Assembly: GCF_037042905.1 (NCBI RefSeq)
Contig: NC_087246.1
Span: forward strand, 45,632,001-45,696,000
DNA length: 64,000 nucleotides
Direction of reading: 5' to 3'
From: Lytechinus pictus
Taxonomy: Eukaryota
Positions 37,301-49,300 of the stretch are shown one piece after another. Numbering within the stretch: the stretch's first letter is position 1; each line of letters begins with the position of its first letter. The translations under genes and the position numbers were made by a program. A model generated the notes under the pieces. That model was not told the DNA's origin, did no database searches, and worked only from the letters and a program-made list of their open reading frames with translations.

Positions 37301-40300
37301 TTAACAATATATTGCTAAACTTTAAACTTCAATAACTGTTTACTTGTTATCCGATTGATGAAATGTATTAAGATATAAATATTTTCAGCCAGGACCATCC
37401 CTTTTACATGTTTTAATTGCCATCGACTTGGCGAGAAACTTAATTATGCCATGTCGACATAATGTCGACATGGCGAGATACGTTATCTCGCCATGTCGAC
37501 ATATATGACCTTTTATAAGTCGACTTGGCGAGATATCGTATCTCGTCATCTGGATGTGAACGATATTCACACAAATAACTATAACTTTTCGGCAGCAAAT
37601 CATAGCTGATGACGTATCCAAGATCAGAATATTCTTGAACTGGTGCTGAATATTATAGGCCTATCTTAGCTAGACGAATTGACGCGATCCCCGGTCTTCT
37701 GTCTTCGTTTTCCAGACACCCAACAACAGGTTTGGAAAACGAAGACCGAAGACCGGGGACATGCGTTATGTCAATGGTAGTAAAATAGTTGCAAACGCCA
37801 GTTGAATTGAGTCTGCCTGTACGTGATTGCGCAGTATGAGGTGTATTGTATGCAAGTTTTCAGTTTTATGACAGTTTTTGGAATTGCAATGGCTGAATTC
37901 CATGGGTGAAATATGTACGTTATCCTTAATATCATGCCCTAGCTGATAACGATATTCACACAAATAACCATAACTTATCCGCAGCCAATCATAGCTGATG
38001 ACGTATCCAAGATCAGAATATTCTTAAACTGGAGCTGAATATTATAGGCCTATCTTAGCTAGACGAATACGCAATCCCCGGTCTTCTGTCTTCGTTTTCC
38101 AGACACCCAACAACAGGTTTGGAAAACGAAGACCGGGGACATGCGTAATGTCAATGGTAGTAAAATAGTTGCAAACGCCAGTTGAGTTGAGTCTGCTTGT
38201 ACGTGATTGCGCAGTATGTGGTGTATTGTATGCAAGTTTTCAGTTTTATGACAGTTTTCAGAATTGCAATGGCTGAATTCCGTGGGTGAAATATGTACAT
38301 TATAATTGTCTATCCTTATTAATCATGCCCTAGCTGATAACGATATTCACACAAATAACCATAACTTATCCGCAGCCAATCATATAGCTGATGACGTATC
38401 CAAGATCAGAATATTCTTAAACTGGAGCTGAATATTATAGGCCTATCTTAGCTAGACGAATACGCAATCCCCGGTCTTCTGTCTTCGTTTTCCAGACACC
38501 CAACAACAGGTTTGGAAAACGAAGACCGGGGACATGCGTAATGTCAATGGTAGTAAAATAGTTGCAAACGCCAGTTGAGTTGAGTCTGCCTGTACGTGAT
38601 TGCGCAGTATGAGGTGTATTGTATGCAAGTTTTCAGTTTTATGACAGTTTTCGGAATTGCAATGGCTGAATTCCGTGGGTGAAATATGTACATTGTAATT
38701 AGTATCTATCCTTATTAATCATGCCCTAGCTAATAACGATATTCACACAAATAACCATAACTTATCCGCAGCCAATCATAGCTGATGACGTATCCAAGAT
38801 CAGAATATTCTTAAACTGGAGCTGAATATTATAGGCCTATCTTAGCTAGACGAATACGCAATCCCCGGTCTTCTGTCTTCGTTTTCCAGACACCCAACAA
38901 CAGGTTTGGAAAACGAAGACCGGGGACATGCGTAATGTCAATGGTAGTAAAATAGTTGCAAACGCCAGTTGAGTTGAGTCTGCTTGTACGTGATTGCGCA
39001 GTATGTGGTGTATTGTATGCAAGTTTTCAGTTTTATGACAGTTTTCAGAATTGCAATGGCTGAATTCCGTGGGTGAAATATGTACATTATAATTGTCTAT
39101 CCTTATTAATCATGCCCTAGCTGATAACGATATTCACACAAATAACCATAACTTATCCGCAGCCAATCATATAGCTGATGACGTATCCAAGATCAGAATA
39201 TTCTTAAACTGGAGCTGAATATTATAGGCCTATCTTAGCTAGACGAATACGCAATCCCCGGTCTTCTGTCTTCGTTTTCCAGACACCCAACAACAGGTTT
39301 GGAAAACGAAGACCGGGGACATGCGTAATGTCAATGGTAGTAAAATAGTTGCAAACGCCAGTTGAGTTGAGTCTGCCTGTACGTGATTGCGCAGTATGAG
39401 GTGTATTGTATGCAAGTTTTCAGTTTTATGACAGTTTTCGGAATTGCAATGGCTGAATTCCGTGGGTGAAATATGTACATTGTAATTAGTATCTATCCTT
39501 ATTAATCATGCCCTAGCTAATAACGATATTCACACAAATAACCATAACTTATCCGCAGCCAATCATAGCTGATGACGTATCCAAGATCAGAATATTGTTA
39601 AACTGGAGCTGAATATTATAGGCCTATCTTAGCTAGACGAATACGCAATCCCCGGTCTTCTGTCTTCGTTTTCCAGACACCCAACAACAGGTTTGGAAAA
39701 CGAAGACCGAAGACCGGGGACATGCGTAATGTCAATGGTAGTAAAATAGTTGCAAACGCCAGTTGAGTTGAGTCTGCTTGTACGTGATTGCGCAGTATGG
39801 GGTGTATTGTATGCAAGTTTTCAGTTTTATGACAGTTTTCAGAATTGCAATGGCTGAATTCCGTGGGTGAAATATGTACATTATAATTGTCTAATCCTTA
39901 TTAATCATGCCCTAGCTGATAACGATATTCACACAAATAACCATAACTTATCCGCAGCCAATCATAGCTGATGACGTATCCAAGATCAGAATATTCTTGA
40001 ACTGGTGCTGAATATTATAGGCCTATCTTAGTTAGACGAATACGCAATCCCCGGTCTTCTGTCTTCGTTTTCCAGACACCCAACAACAGGTTTGGAAAAC
40101 GAAGACCGAAGACCGGGGACATGCGTAATGTCAATGGTAGTAAAATAGTTGCAAACGCCAGTTGAGTTGAGTCTGCTTGTACGTGATTGCGCAGCTAGTA
40201 TGGGGTGTATTGTATGCAAGTTTTCAGTTTTAATGACAGTTTTCGGAATTGCAATGGCTGAATTCCGTGTGTGAAATATGTACATTATAATTGTCTATCC

Positions 40301-43300
40301 TTATTAATCATGCCCTAGCTGATAACGATATTCACACAAATAACCATAACTTATCCGCAGCCAATCATAGCTGATGACGTATCCAAGATCAGAATATTCT
40401 TAAGCTGGAGCTGAATATTATAGGCCTATCTTAGCTAGACGAATACGCAATCCCCGGTCTTCTGTCTTCGTTTTCCAGACACCAAACAACAGGTTTGGAA
40501 AACGAAGACCGAAGACCGGGGACATGCGTTATGTCAATGGTAGTATAAAATAGTTGGAAACGCCAGTTGAGTTGAGTCTGCTTGTACGTGATTGCGCAAT
40601 ATGAGGTGTATTGTATGCAAGTTTTCAGTTTTATAACAGTTTTCAGAATTCCAATGGCTGAATTCCATGGGTGAAATATGTACGCTATCTTTGATATCAT
40701 GCCCTAGCTGATAACGATATTCACACAAATAACCATAACTTATCCGCAGCCAATCATAGCTGATGACGTATCCAAGATCAGAATATTCTTGAACTGGTGC
40801 TGAATATTATAGGCCTATCTTAGCTAGACGAATTGACGCGATCCCCGGTCTTCTGTCTTCGTTTTCCAGACACCCAACAACAGGTTTGGAAAACGAAGAC
40901 CGAAGACCGGGGACATGCGTAATGTCAATGGTAGTAAAATTGCAAATTAATGTCAGCCAATTAAGAAGGAAAAACCAGTTCACAGAATGTAATTCTGGAA
41001 AATGGAAAAACGGCATTCTGGTCTAACTGGTCGAGTTCACTTTACTGGACCAGTTAAGAATTAAACTGGTCTGAAATTACTGGTCTAGAGTTAACCTTTA
41101 ACTGGACATTTGAAACTGGTCTGATTGATTACTGGAGTTTGTTACTTGTCTCAGTGGAATAGTGGTGTAAACTGGGAGACCTATCCCGCTTCAACTGGTC
41201 TAACTATACTAAGTATTGACACAAGCAATTAACATGACTTCATTATCAGCCAATTAATGACATTAATGTATTCTAGATCAGAATATTCTTGAATTTGAGC
41301 TGAATAATAGAGGCCTTCATAATGACATTTATAAGTGGTATCTTAGCTAAACGAATGCGATCCCCGGTCTTCGGTCTTCGTTTTCCAGACACCCAACAAC
41401 GGGTTTGGAAAACGAAGATCGAAGACCGGGGACCCGTGCATTGTCAATGGGAGAACATGTGTCGGGGCAAGGTCCAAAGTCCATTCTAACCCGCGCACGT
41501 GTTTTGTACACACTTTGCACTGCTTTGTACACACTTCGGGCGTGAACTACAAACGCTTTCACACGAGTGTACTATGAGTCCCCGGTCTTCGGTCTTCGGT
41601 CTTCGTTTTCCAGACACCCATTTTTCATCCAACTATTCAAGAAGTCTTTGTCACAAGTATAGTTGAACCGGAGCACTAGCAGCTCCGCCCTAGATTAGCA
41701 GCGATTAATTGCAAATTTATTGTTCGCCCAGAATCTGCTGTTTTTGGTTCACCAATTTTTGACATCTGCTCCTTGACGGGTATTGAACAATATTCTCTTC
41801 TTGAAGTGCCGGTAGGTCGCTGATGGAAAATTTCCTTATTATGTTGCATAGGCATGAATGGTATCATTTATGTTGGCTAAAAAAGTTCGGACCGATCATA
41901 ATTTATGGACCTTTCAGCCAGTTAGGATTTTAACCCCCCTCCCCCCCCCCGGGCTCCCTTAAGAAAAGCGAAGGTTCACACTATAACCATTCCTCATTTC
42001 TGTTGACATAGGGCGCGCAAGCAGGATGGTGGCGATCATAGTACATCACTGCTCATACATGTCATAGCCACTGGGTCAAACTAACTTGTCAACCCCCCCC
42101 CCCCCTCTTAGCAGAAAGCTAGACCCACCACTGATTATTTGGCAAAAGTATAACTCTGTGACTAATGCCACGAGCTACATTTTAATGTGTGAAATGGCTT
42201 CATGGTCTTTATTAAGACATGAATGACTGTGACCATTCAGGTATACACTTTGAATTCAACTTGCATTTATCAACCATACGGTCGTTTTCTTTAAGATGAT
42301 TGTTCGCACTCAATGAAATATACATCTATAATGTGCAGTAGATCAGTCCCAAAATTACCGTTTCACCTTCATTAATACGTGGTTAAATAATTGCTTCTCA
42401 AAAGTATGTTGCCATGAGTAATATTACCTTCCCCAGCAAATGGTGATGATTGCTAGGACGATGGCCAGGGCTACGATGATGGCAATGATGATGATGAGAA
42501 CGTATTGGAGCTCTAACAGAACTTCACCTTCCTCGACGGCACCCCTGGTCACCTCCAAGACCGTCACATTGACTTCTCTTGCAATGGTGTCGATGTTAGC
42601 AGAGACTGCTTCATACAGCGCTCCTTGGCTCAAGTAACCTAGAATGTGATCAAAGCAAAGGTAAACATGATTATTTTGTTCTTATTCTACCACGTAAATG
42701 AAACATGAATCTTGATATAAAGTATAAAAGTCTTTCGTTAACTTATTTACATTCAAATGGTGGATTATTGAACGTACAAATCCAGGTTATTTTTTCAAGA
42801 GGCCTTCAGAACCTTAGTTCGTGAGTATACTCTTAAAAGGAATAAAGTAACCAATAGATTGGTGAATATGTGCCCGACCCATAGATAAAAACGGTCAATA
42901 TCAAGCAGATTATAACTTATCAATTGCTTGATATTTACCATTTTTGTCGGTCGGACACATATTAACCAAAGTATTGTTTATTTCCACTAACCCTAAAAGT
43001 GCGTATGTTGCTATTCTTCATTAGTATTAACCCTAAGCATTTACCAAATAGAAGAATACTGTTAACATACCCTCCGAAGAAGAGTCTGTCTGCCTTTTGT
43101 CTCTTGGTATCACATGCAATTGGGCATCTCTTCTTTTTCGACCAAGTGCCCAGTTCTCCATGCAAAGATCACTTGGTGTTGGGGGCGTTATGAGCAGCAT
43201 GACCGCGAAGGCTTCTATTGGGTCGTATTGAGGGCGCTCTTCGGGGTAGCCATCTGCTACGGACACGTGGCTACTGTCGACATAATTCAATGTCAGGTCA

Positions 43301-46300
43301 CTGTGATGTATCATGGAGGTTGTGGAAGAAAGAGGAAACGTTTAATGCCAAATGTTTTCTTTCGTTTTATTTGATTACTTATCCGATTGAGTGACATATC
43401 GTTAAAAATATTCAACATTAGGCCTAGTACTGTCCAAGTAGAAAATGCTAGCACACAAGCATATAAAAATTATGTACGACATGGGGACTGTGTTGCATAT
43501 AGTGTTGAGATTGCAACAAAAGGTTTTTTTTTGTTTTTCACTCTTACATGTGCTAAACGTGCTGACTGAAGCTTCAATATCTTAAAATAATCATGGTCAT
43601 CATCTTACCCTATTAAGCAGATAGTCGGAGATAAGAACGTGGTTGGTGCTCAAGTTTATTACCTAGTAAACGCTCGCATTGATCCTAGTATCAAGACGTA
43701 CGGTTGCTATATTTGTAGACCCCAATCAATGTTCATGTGGTCTTGAATCCCTAAACATTATATTCCTTATGAATGTGTGAGGGTATCTTTATTTGGTGTT
43801 GAAGTAAGTACTTCTTAACATCAGTTCTACATTTTTAGCATCAGCTTGTACTTTGCCGTTTCTAACTCCCCTTATGGTATCGGAATATTTCCAATGCTGT
43901 GGTACGAATATTCAAATCAATGTTACACTGCAGTCTGTATAAAAGACCGATATACATATTGTTGCTACTGAACTGATATAGGCATAGGCCCTACATTGAA
44001 ATAATTATTTGAGTAATGAGCAGAACATGTTGATCTATATCTCTTGGCCTGAATATTTGAAATGTCCTCAAAATCTGTTTTTACTGGTTGGCAACCACCT
44101 TGCATTTTTAAAGAGATACCAAAGTGTTTAACTGCATTCGTGCTAATTCCATTATTCCATTTCTACCATGTCTCGCATGAGCATTGTAATCCCGCGAAGA
44201 GTAGTAAAAACACGGTGCTTGCTTGGCATTGACAGTATTGATCATCGCGAAAATAATGTCATATATTAACCCGAACATTTGAAACGCTCGTAAGATAATT
44301 CACATTATGAGTAGAAATTATTTCACGAGAATAGCCAAATATATTTATCTGCATTCTTGGTTGTTGTGTCCCTCTTCTGTTTAAGTCCCAAAAAGAGTAC
44401 TTAAAAGTCACTGGAGCTCTATTTCTTAAAGAACTGCTATTATGGTCACCTTGCCAATTATTGTACCATGCTAGCATGGTGTCAAAGCGGCATGGTTCTA
44501 AACAAGTGAACCCGGGGGCCGTTTCACAGAGCTGTTCGTGAGTTGGGAGCGACTGGTGATCCTTTCTTACGCGTTAAACCATCGCCAATTTATCATACCA
44601 TTTGCCACTGACAAGAAAGTATCACCAGTCGTTCTTGGAGTCGCTCTTGACTTGCGAACAGCTTTAAGAAATGGCGCCCTGTTATGACTCTCAGAATTAT
44701 GGTAACAACCAGGGACAAAACACATCACCATTTTTGCAAATGTAAATGTGTATAGACAATCGTGCAGCTGCGACTAAGTTTAGAACCAGCCGGTTCGTTG
44801 TCATGACATCGTGAAGTCACACTTTGGTACTCTATGGCAAAGTTACTAGTAACACTAGTCTGTAACTAATCAAAGTGCCCCTAAACAATCCGAAGCTTTC
44901 TCAGCATTGAGGTAAACAATGATCATGATACAATACTTACGTATCTTTTCCGGTACCTCCTGGGCAACAAAGGGGGTAGAAGATATCGCCATTACAGACG
45001 CCTGTGACCAGTCGGCTGACTAACGCAAAAAGCAGATCGCGAATTCGTGGGAACTGTAGCAAAGACAAGATGTATTTTTTTTCTGTATTTGAATCAGTGA
45101 GGAAATTACCGTCTTCACACTGGCCACAAACACCGACAGTACCGGGACTGTCCCGATACTGTAGCGGTGTTGCTTTAAGTGTGAATTCTCTGACCCGCAT
45201 AAACTACCCTAGGATAACCTCGCCTCGCTATATAACTCCGCAACAACCTATCGCTAGAAAAGCCATAGTAATAGCAGCGGGAAAGCCCCGCGACTGTCGC
45301 GGTGTTCTTTCAGTTTGAAGGCACACCGCTACAACACCGTTATAATCCGCTTGTGATAATTATGTTAACTATATACATGTATAATGTGGGGGCGTCGTGA
45401 TATTGTGGTTATGACTCTCGTCTTTCAATCTGAAGGACGTAGGTTCGATTCCCCACCCTCAATCATTTCCGGTGTATCAGAGACGGGTCATGATTCACGG
45501 GGTCACAAAGCCTATACGGAGGTCATAACAATCACTTGCTGCAAAATAAATATGGTAAATGGATGCATGAAATTTACCCCTGGACTGTGCCGGGTTAACG
45601 TTTATACTGTGAATGCATTTATAGCAGGTTTATAGCGATGTCACTGTCCCGCGACAGCACCGGGATAAATTTGAAAACCAGCGTGAAGACGGTATTCGAG
45701 ACCAGTCATAACCACCTGTATCGGCAGCACAGAAACGTTGTTAGTGCTAGCTATGCGCCAATAGAGGCTCTGTTAACGGTTAACCTGTAATATCGCAGCC
45801 GATGCCTAATGTCACAACAATGCGTTATATGGATCAACGTTTGACATCACGATCCGAAAGAGGCCACCGGGCCTACTGATAGTGCTCTGGTAGCGCTAAC
45901 AGCGTTTCTGCGCCTCCGGTGTTGATTTCGTGCGACCACCTGGAACAACTACGATCACTCTCAAGGCAATACTATTACCCAGTCACTTTCAAAATATGTA
46001 AATCACAAAGAATAAATAAACAAAAGTCATTTTATAGAGTGCTCTTCATTAACGTTTCACGGCGCTTTTCAACATAACATTATTAATTATTAAAAAGGAA
46101 TACATCACTTAAATCTGAAATTCACAAATACGCATTTTTATCAATTCACATACAATATTTTATCAGGTATTATGATTACTACTTTTATTCAAATTCAAGT
46201 CATTTTGGTGAAAATGTTTCGCCTTATCATTGAATACACACGGAAATATAAAATGTATACTGTACATAAAATGTCATAATAATTAGTAACGAATAGGTTT

Positions 46301-49300
46301 TAAGCAATGACTTACAATGCTTATATCTGCACCAATGGTGAGTTCTACCCCATACCGGACTTGAGTCTTTAAATCTGCGAGAAAATGAGAAGCGAGAAGG
46401 GGGGTTGGAAGAGTGTGAAAAAGGGGTGGAGAATAAAAATAGGAAGGTGATATTAACAAATTATTTTTCATCGAGTCTAGCGAATAAGGGGATTTGAGAA
46501 TGGCAAGAAAACAAGTTCTTCGGGCGTTCGGGTGCATGGTGATCCAAATCACTACCATAATCAGAGGGGCACTGGACATCAGCCACGCCCATTCTATACA
46601 CAATATCATCGTAAATCATGTTGGGATTTCAGGTTAATTTAAAATGTTAATTGGTTTTGATAGGTACATCATCCTTCGGGATACGACCATTACGAATGAG
46701 AATAAATCTTTGTCCAAACCTACTTTGGCACCGGCTTCCCTGGTATTGTGAAAGGCAGTTGCATATACACTGGCGTGAATCCAGTCTCCCGCCATTCAGA
46801 CAAGTCAACGTGCATGGCGGTTCCGTCGTTGTGGCGACAGTACTAGGTGTCGAAGGTGCTTCTGTTATGGGCATGCGTGTTGTCATGGGCGATTGTGCAG
46901 CAGCAGTTGCTGTTTGTGTAGTAGGTGTGGTGGTTGTGGGAGCTTGGGTAACCTCTGGAGTTGTTTGCGGGAGTTGTGTGGTGGTTGTGGGAGCTTGGGT
47001 AACCTCTGGAGTTGTTTGCGGGAGTTGTGTGGTGGTTGCGGGAGCTTGGGTAACCTCTGGAGTTGTTTGCGGGAGTTGTGTGGTGGTTGAGGGGGTCGTG
47101 GTTGGTGCTATTCGCGTCGTTTGATGAAAAGGACAAACGAAAATCAATTACCATATATTTCATTCAGCATTTCCAACCAATAGTGATCTAGTAACTTTAA
47201 AGATAGATATAACATGGAGATTAGTTGTGGAAAAATGTAATCTTTTCATGAATTGTACTTACAACATATGAAATCCGGATCAGCTGGATCTGTAAAAGAG
47301 AAGATATTAAAAGAAAACGGTTCACATGGTTTCGGAAATAATGCCCATTAATACGTCATGTTGTTGTACAAACGGTTCACCATTTTTTTCATCTCTTTTA
47401 AATAATAGGGAAATGTACGTTTATGTCAAAATACAAGTTGATATTATGGACCTTTTGTATTCAATTCACACGTACATTCAATGATTCATAATCGGCAACA
47501 TATTAGCACTAATTGCGAATAGTAATAGTGTAGGAGAAGAAAAAGAAGAAGTTGTAGTAGTAGCATGGGCGGAAATCCCAGGGGGACGCGTCCCCCTTCC
47601 CAAAATAGTAGGGGGACACAATATCAAATGCCCCCTACTATTTTTGGTCTTTTATGATGGAAAGATTCAAAAAATCAAAATCATTCAAATCCGAAATAAA
47701 ACATGTATTTTGGATGAGATGACCTAACTTTTTAGGTTATAACCTTTTTTTTTTGCTTGTCAAATTTATTTTGGTCGAAATGACCTAACATTTGGGGTCA
47801 TTGTCAAATTTCAAATTTTCCAGCCCTTGGTCCCCATACCTTTGGGGAGAGATTTCCGCCCTTAAGTAGTAGTAGAGATAGTTTGCTATAAAAAAAAGAA
47901 TGATTATAAAACATGTAAAGAAAGCTGATGTATTTATCCTCAAAATCTAGTTTCGAGCTCGATATGACCACTTTGCAATCAGGAAATCCTATGGTTTGAT
48001 GGTAGAGTGGTTGTAAGGAAAGTGGCCAGGTGACACATCCAAATATCGGATTAAAATCTTTAGCAACGAACGTAGAGGGCGACAACATTTTGCAGAGTGT
48101 TGACGCCCTCTTCTTTCGTTGATCTTCAGTTACTGGTCGCCGGAAGTCAGGTAATTGTTTTACATTTTGTTATTATAATATTGTCATGACCACGCAGGTT
48201 TTGTCTGTATTTGACTCGTATGATAGAAAACACCGGTGCAGTGCCACAGGAGTGGATGTGGGCTAGCAGACTCTTATTATTATTTTAGTAGTGACAATGA
48301 AGAACAGAAGACGAGGGAGGACGATAAGGGAATAACGAAGAAAGACGAGTTTCACCAAATAATCTGGATCTTGTAACTCAAAATGACACCACCTTTCTAA
48401 GGTCGTCTTGTCCTATTCCCATATCAAATGGCATCGTTGTTGTCCATTCCAACAAAACTTATTGTGTTGCGGCGTCAGCAGACGTTTACTCACTGCAATA
48501 GCCACATAGGAGATGACAAGCTGCATCAACAAATGGAAACTGACTGTCACCGCACCATGATGTTGGCCATCCATTGCCGCATCGGATGTCGGTGTTTTCA
48601 CATTCTCCTAAGTATGGAATATAGATGTAATGGTAGACATATCCATGAGTAAAAGATAATGTTTTAGCAAGCCACAACTCCGAAACATCAAACATAATTC
48701 CTAAATGTTTCCGATTTGTTTAAGAATGAGTTTTATTGATTTCTGGCCTTTCGTTTATATTGCGACTCTTTTGGCAATTCACACTAGTTTGAGTAAAATG
48801 TTAAAAAATACCGGGATTATCGTAAAACTCCAGTAAAATGCCTCATGGATTATTCCTCAGTGCGACGGCGAATAAAGAATTTTAAAGATGATTTAGCCTC
48901 GCTATTTAAAGGTCAAGTCCACCCCAGAAAAAGCTGATTTAAATGAATTGAGAAAAATCAAACATGAATAACGCTAGAAACTTTATCAAAATCGGATGTA
49001 AAATGAGAAAGATATGACAATTTAAAGTTTCGCTTATTTTTCACAAAATAGTTCTATGCTCAACTCAGTGAAATGCAAATGAGAGAGTCAATGATGTCAC
49101 TCACTCACTATTTCTTTTGTTTTTAATTGTTTGAATTATACAATATTTCAATTTTTACAATTAGGATCTCCTCGCTTGAACCACAAAATGTTAAGATAAT
49201 GGAATTCCACGTGTTCGGGGAGGAATGAAACTTTGTTTCACATGACAATGGCGAGAAAATCAAAATATTTCATAATTCATATAATAAAATACAAAAGAAA

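Larger units (their letters stand above)
27320..41619. mobile_element. 14.3-kb non-autonomous Foldback/Mutator(MULE)-like DNA transposon with multi-kb tandem-array TIRs
   Basis: atttttcat|gggtgtctggaaaacgaagacc ... ggtcttcgttttccagacaccc|atttttcat (perfect 9-bp TSD); outer ~800 bp of the arms nearly identical; no transposase ORF seen. Confidence 0.9.

Noticed and set aside
32900-37550. Transposase in the Foldback centre
   Set aside because: Only low-complexity Phe/Lys-rich ORFs from MITEs; no DDE or MULE motifs recognised
28208-40728. Repeated 60-120 aa ORFs (MCEYRYQ..., ...VVGCLENEDRRPG)
   Set aside because: By-products of the tandem array; frames are broken by indels between units and most start at non-ATG codons
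27320-41619. Palindromic repeats with intervening sequence superficially resembling a CRISPR array
   Set aside because: Eukaryotic context, 'spacers' are ~320-bp near-identical copies, no cas genes, and the structure is bounded by a TSD
41676-41867. Alternative last exon for the TM protein
   Set aside because: No convincing acceptor identified; 26964-26892 has a better acceptor, the right phase and a plausible tail (not fully excluded)
46651-47124. Val/Gly-rich + strand ORF
   Set aside because: Antisense shadow of the mucin exon
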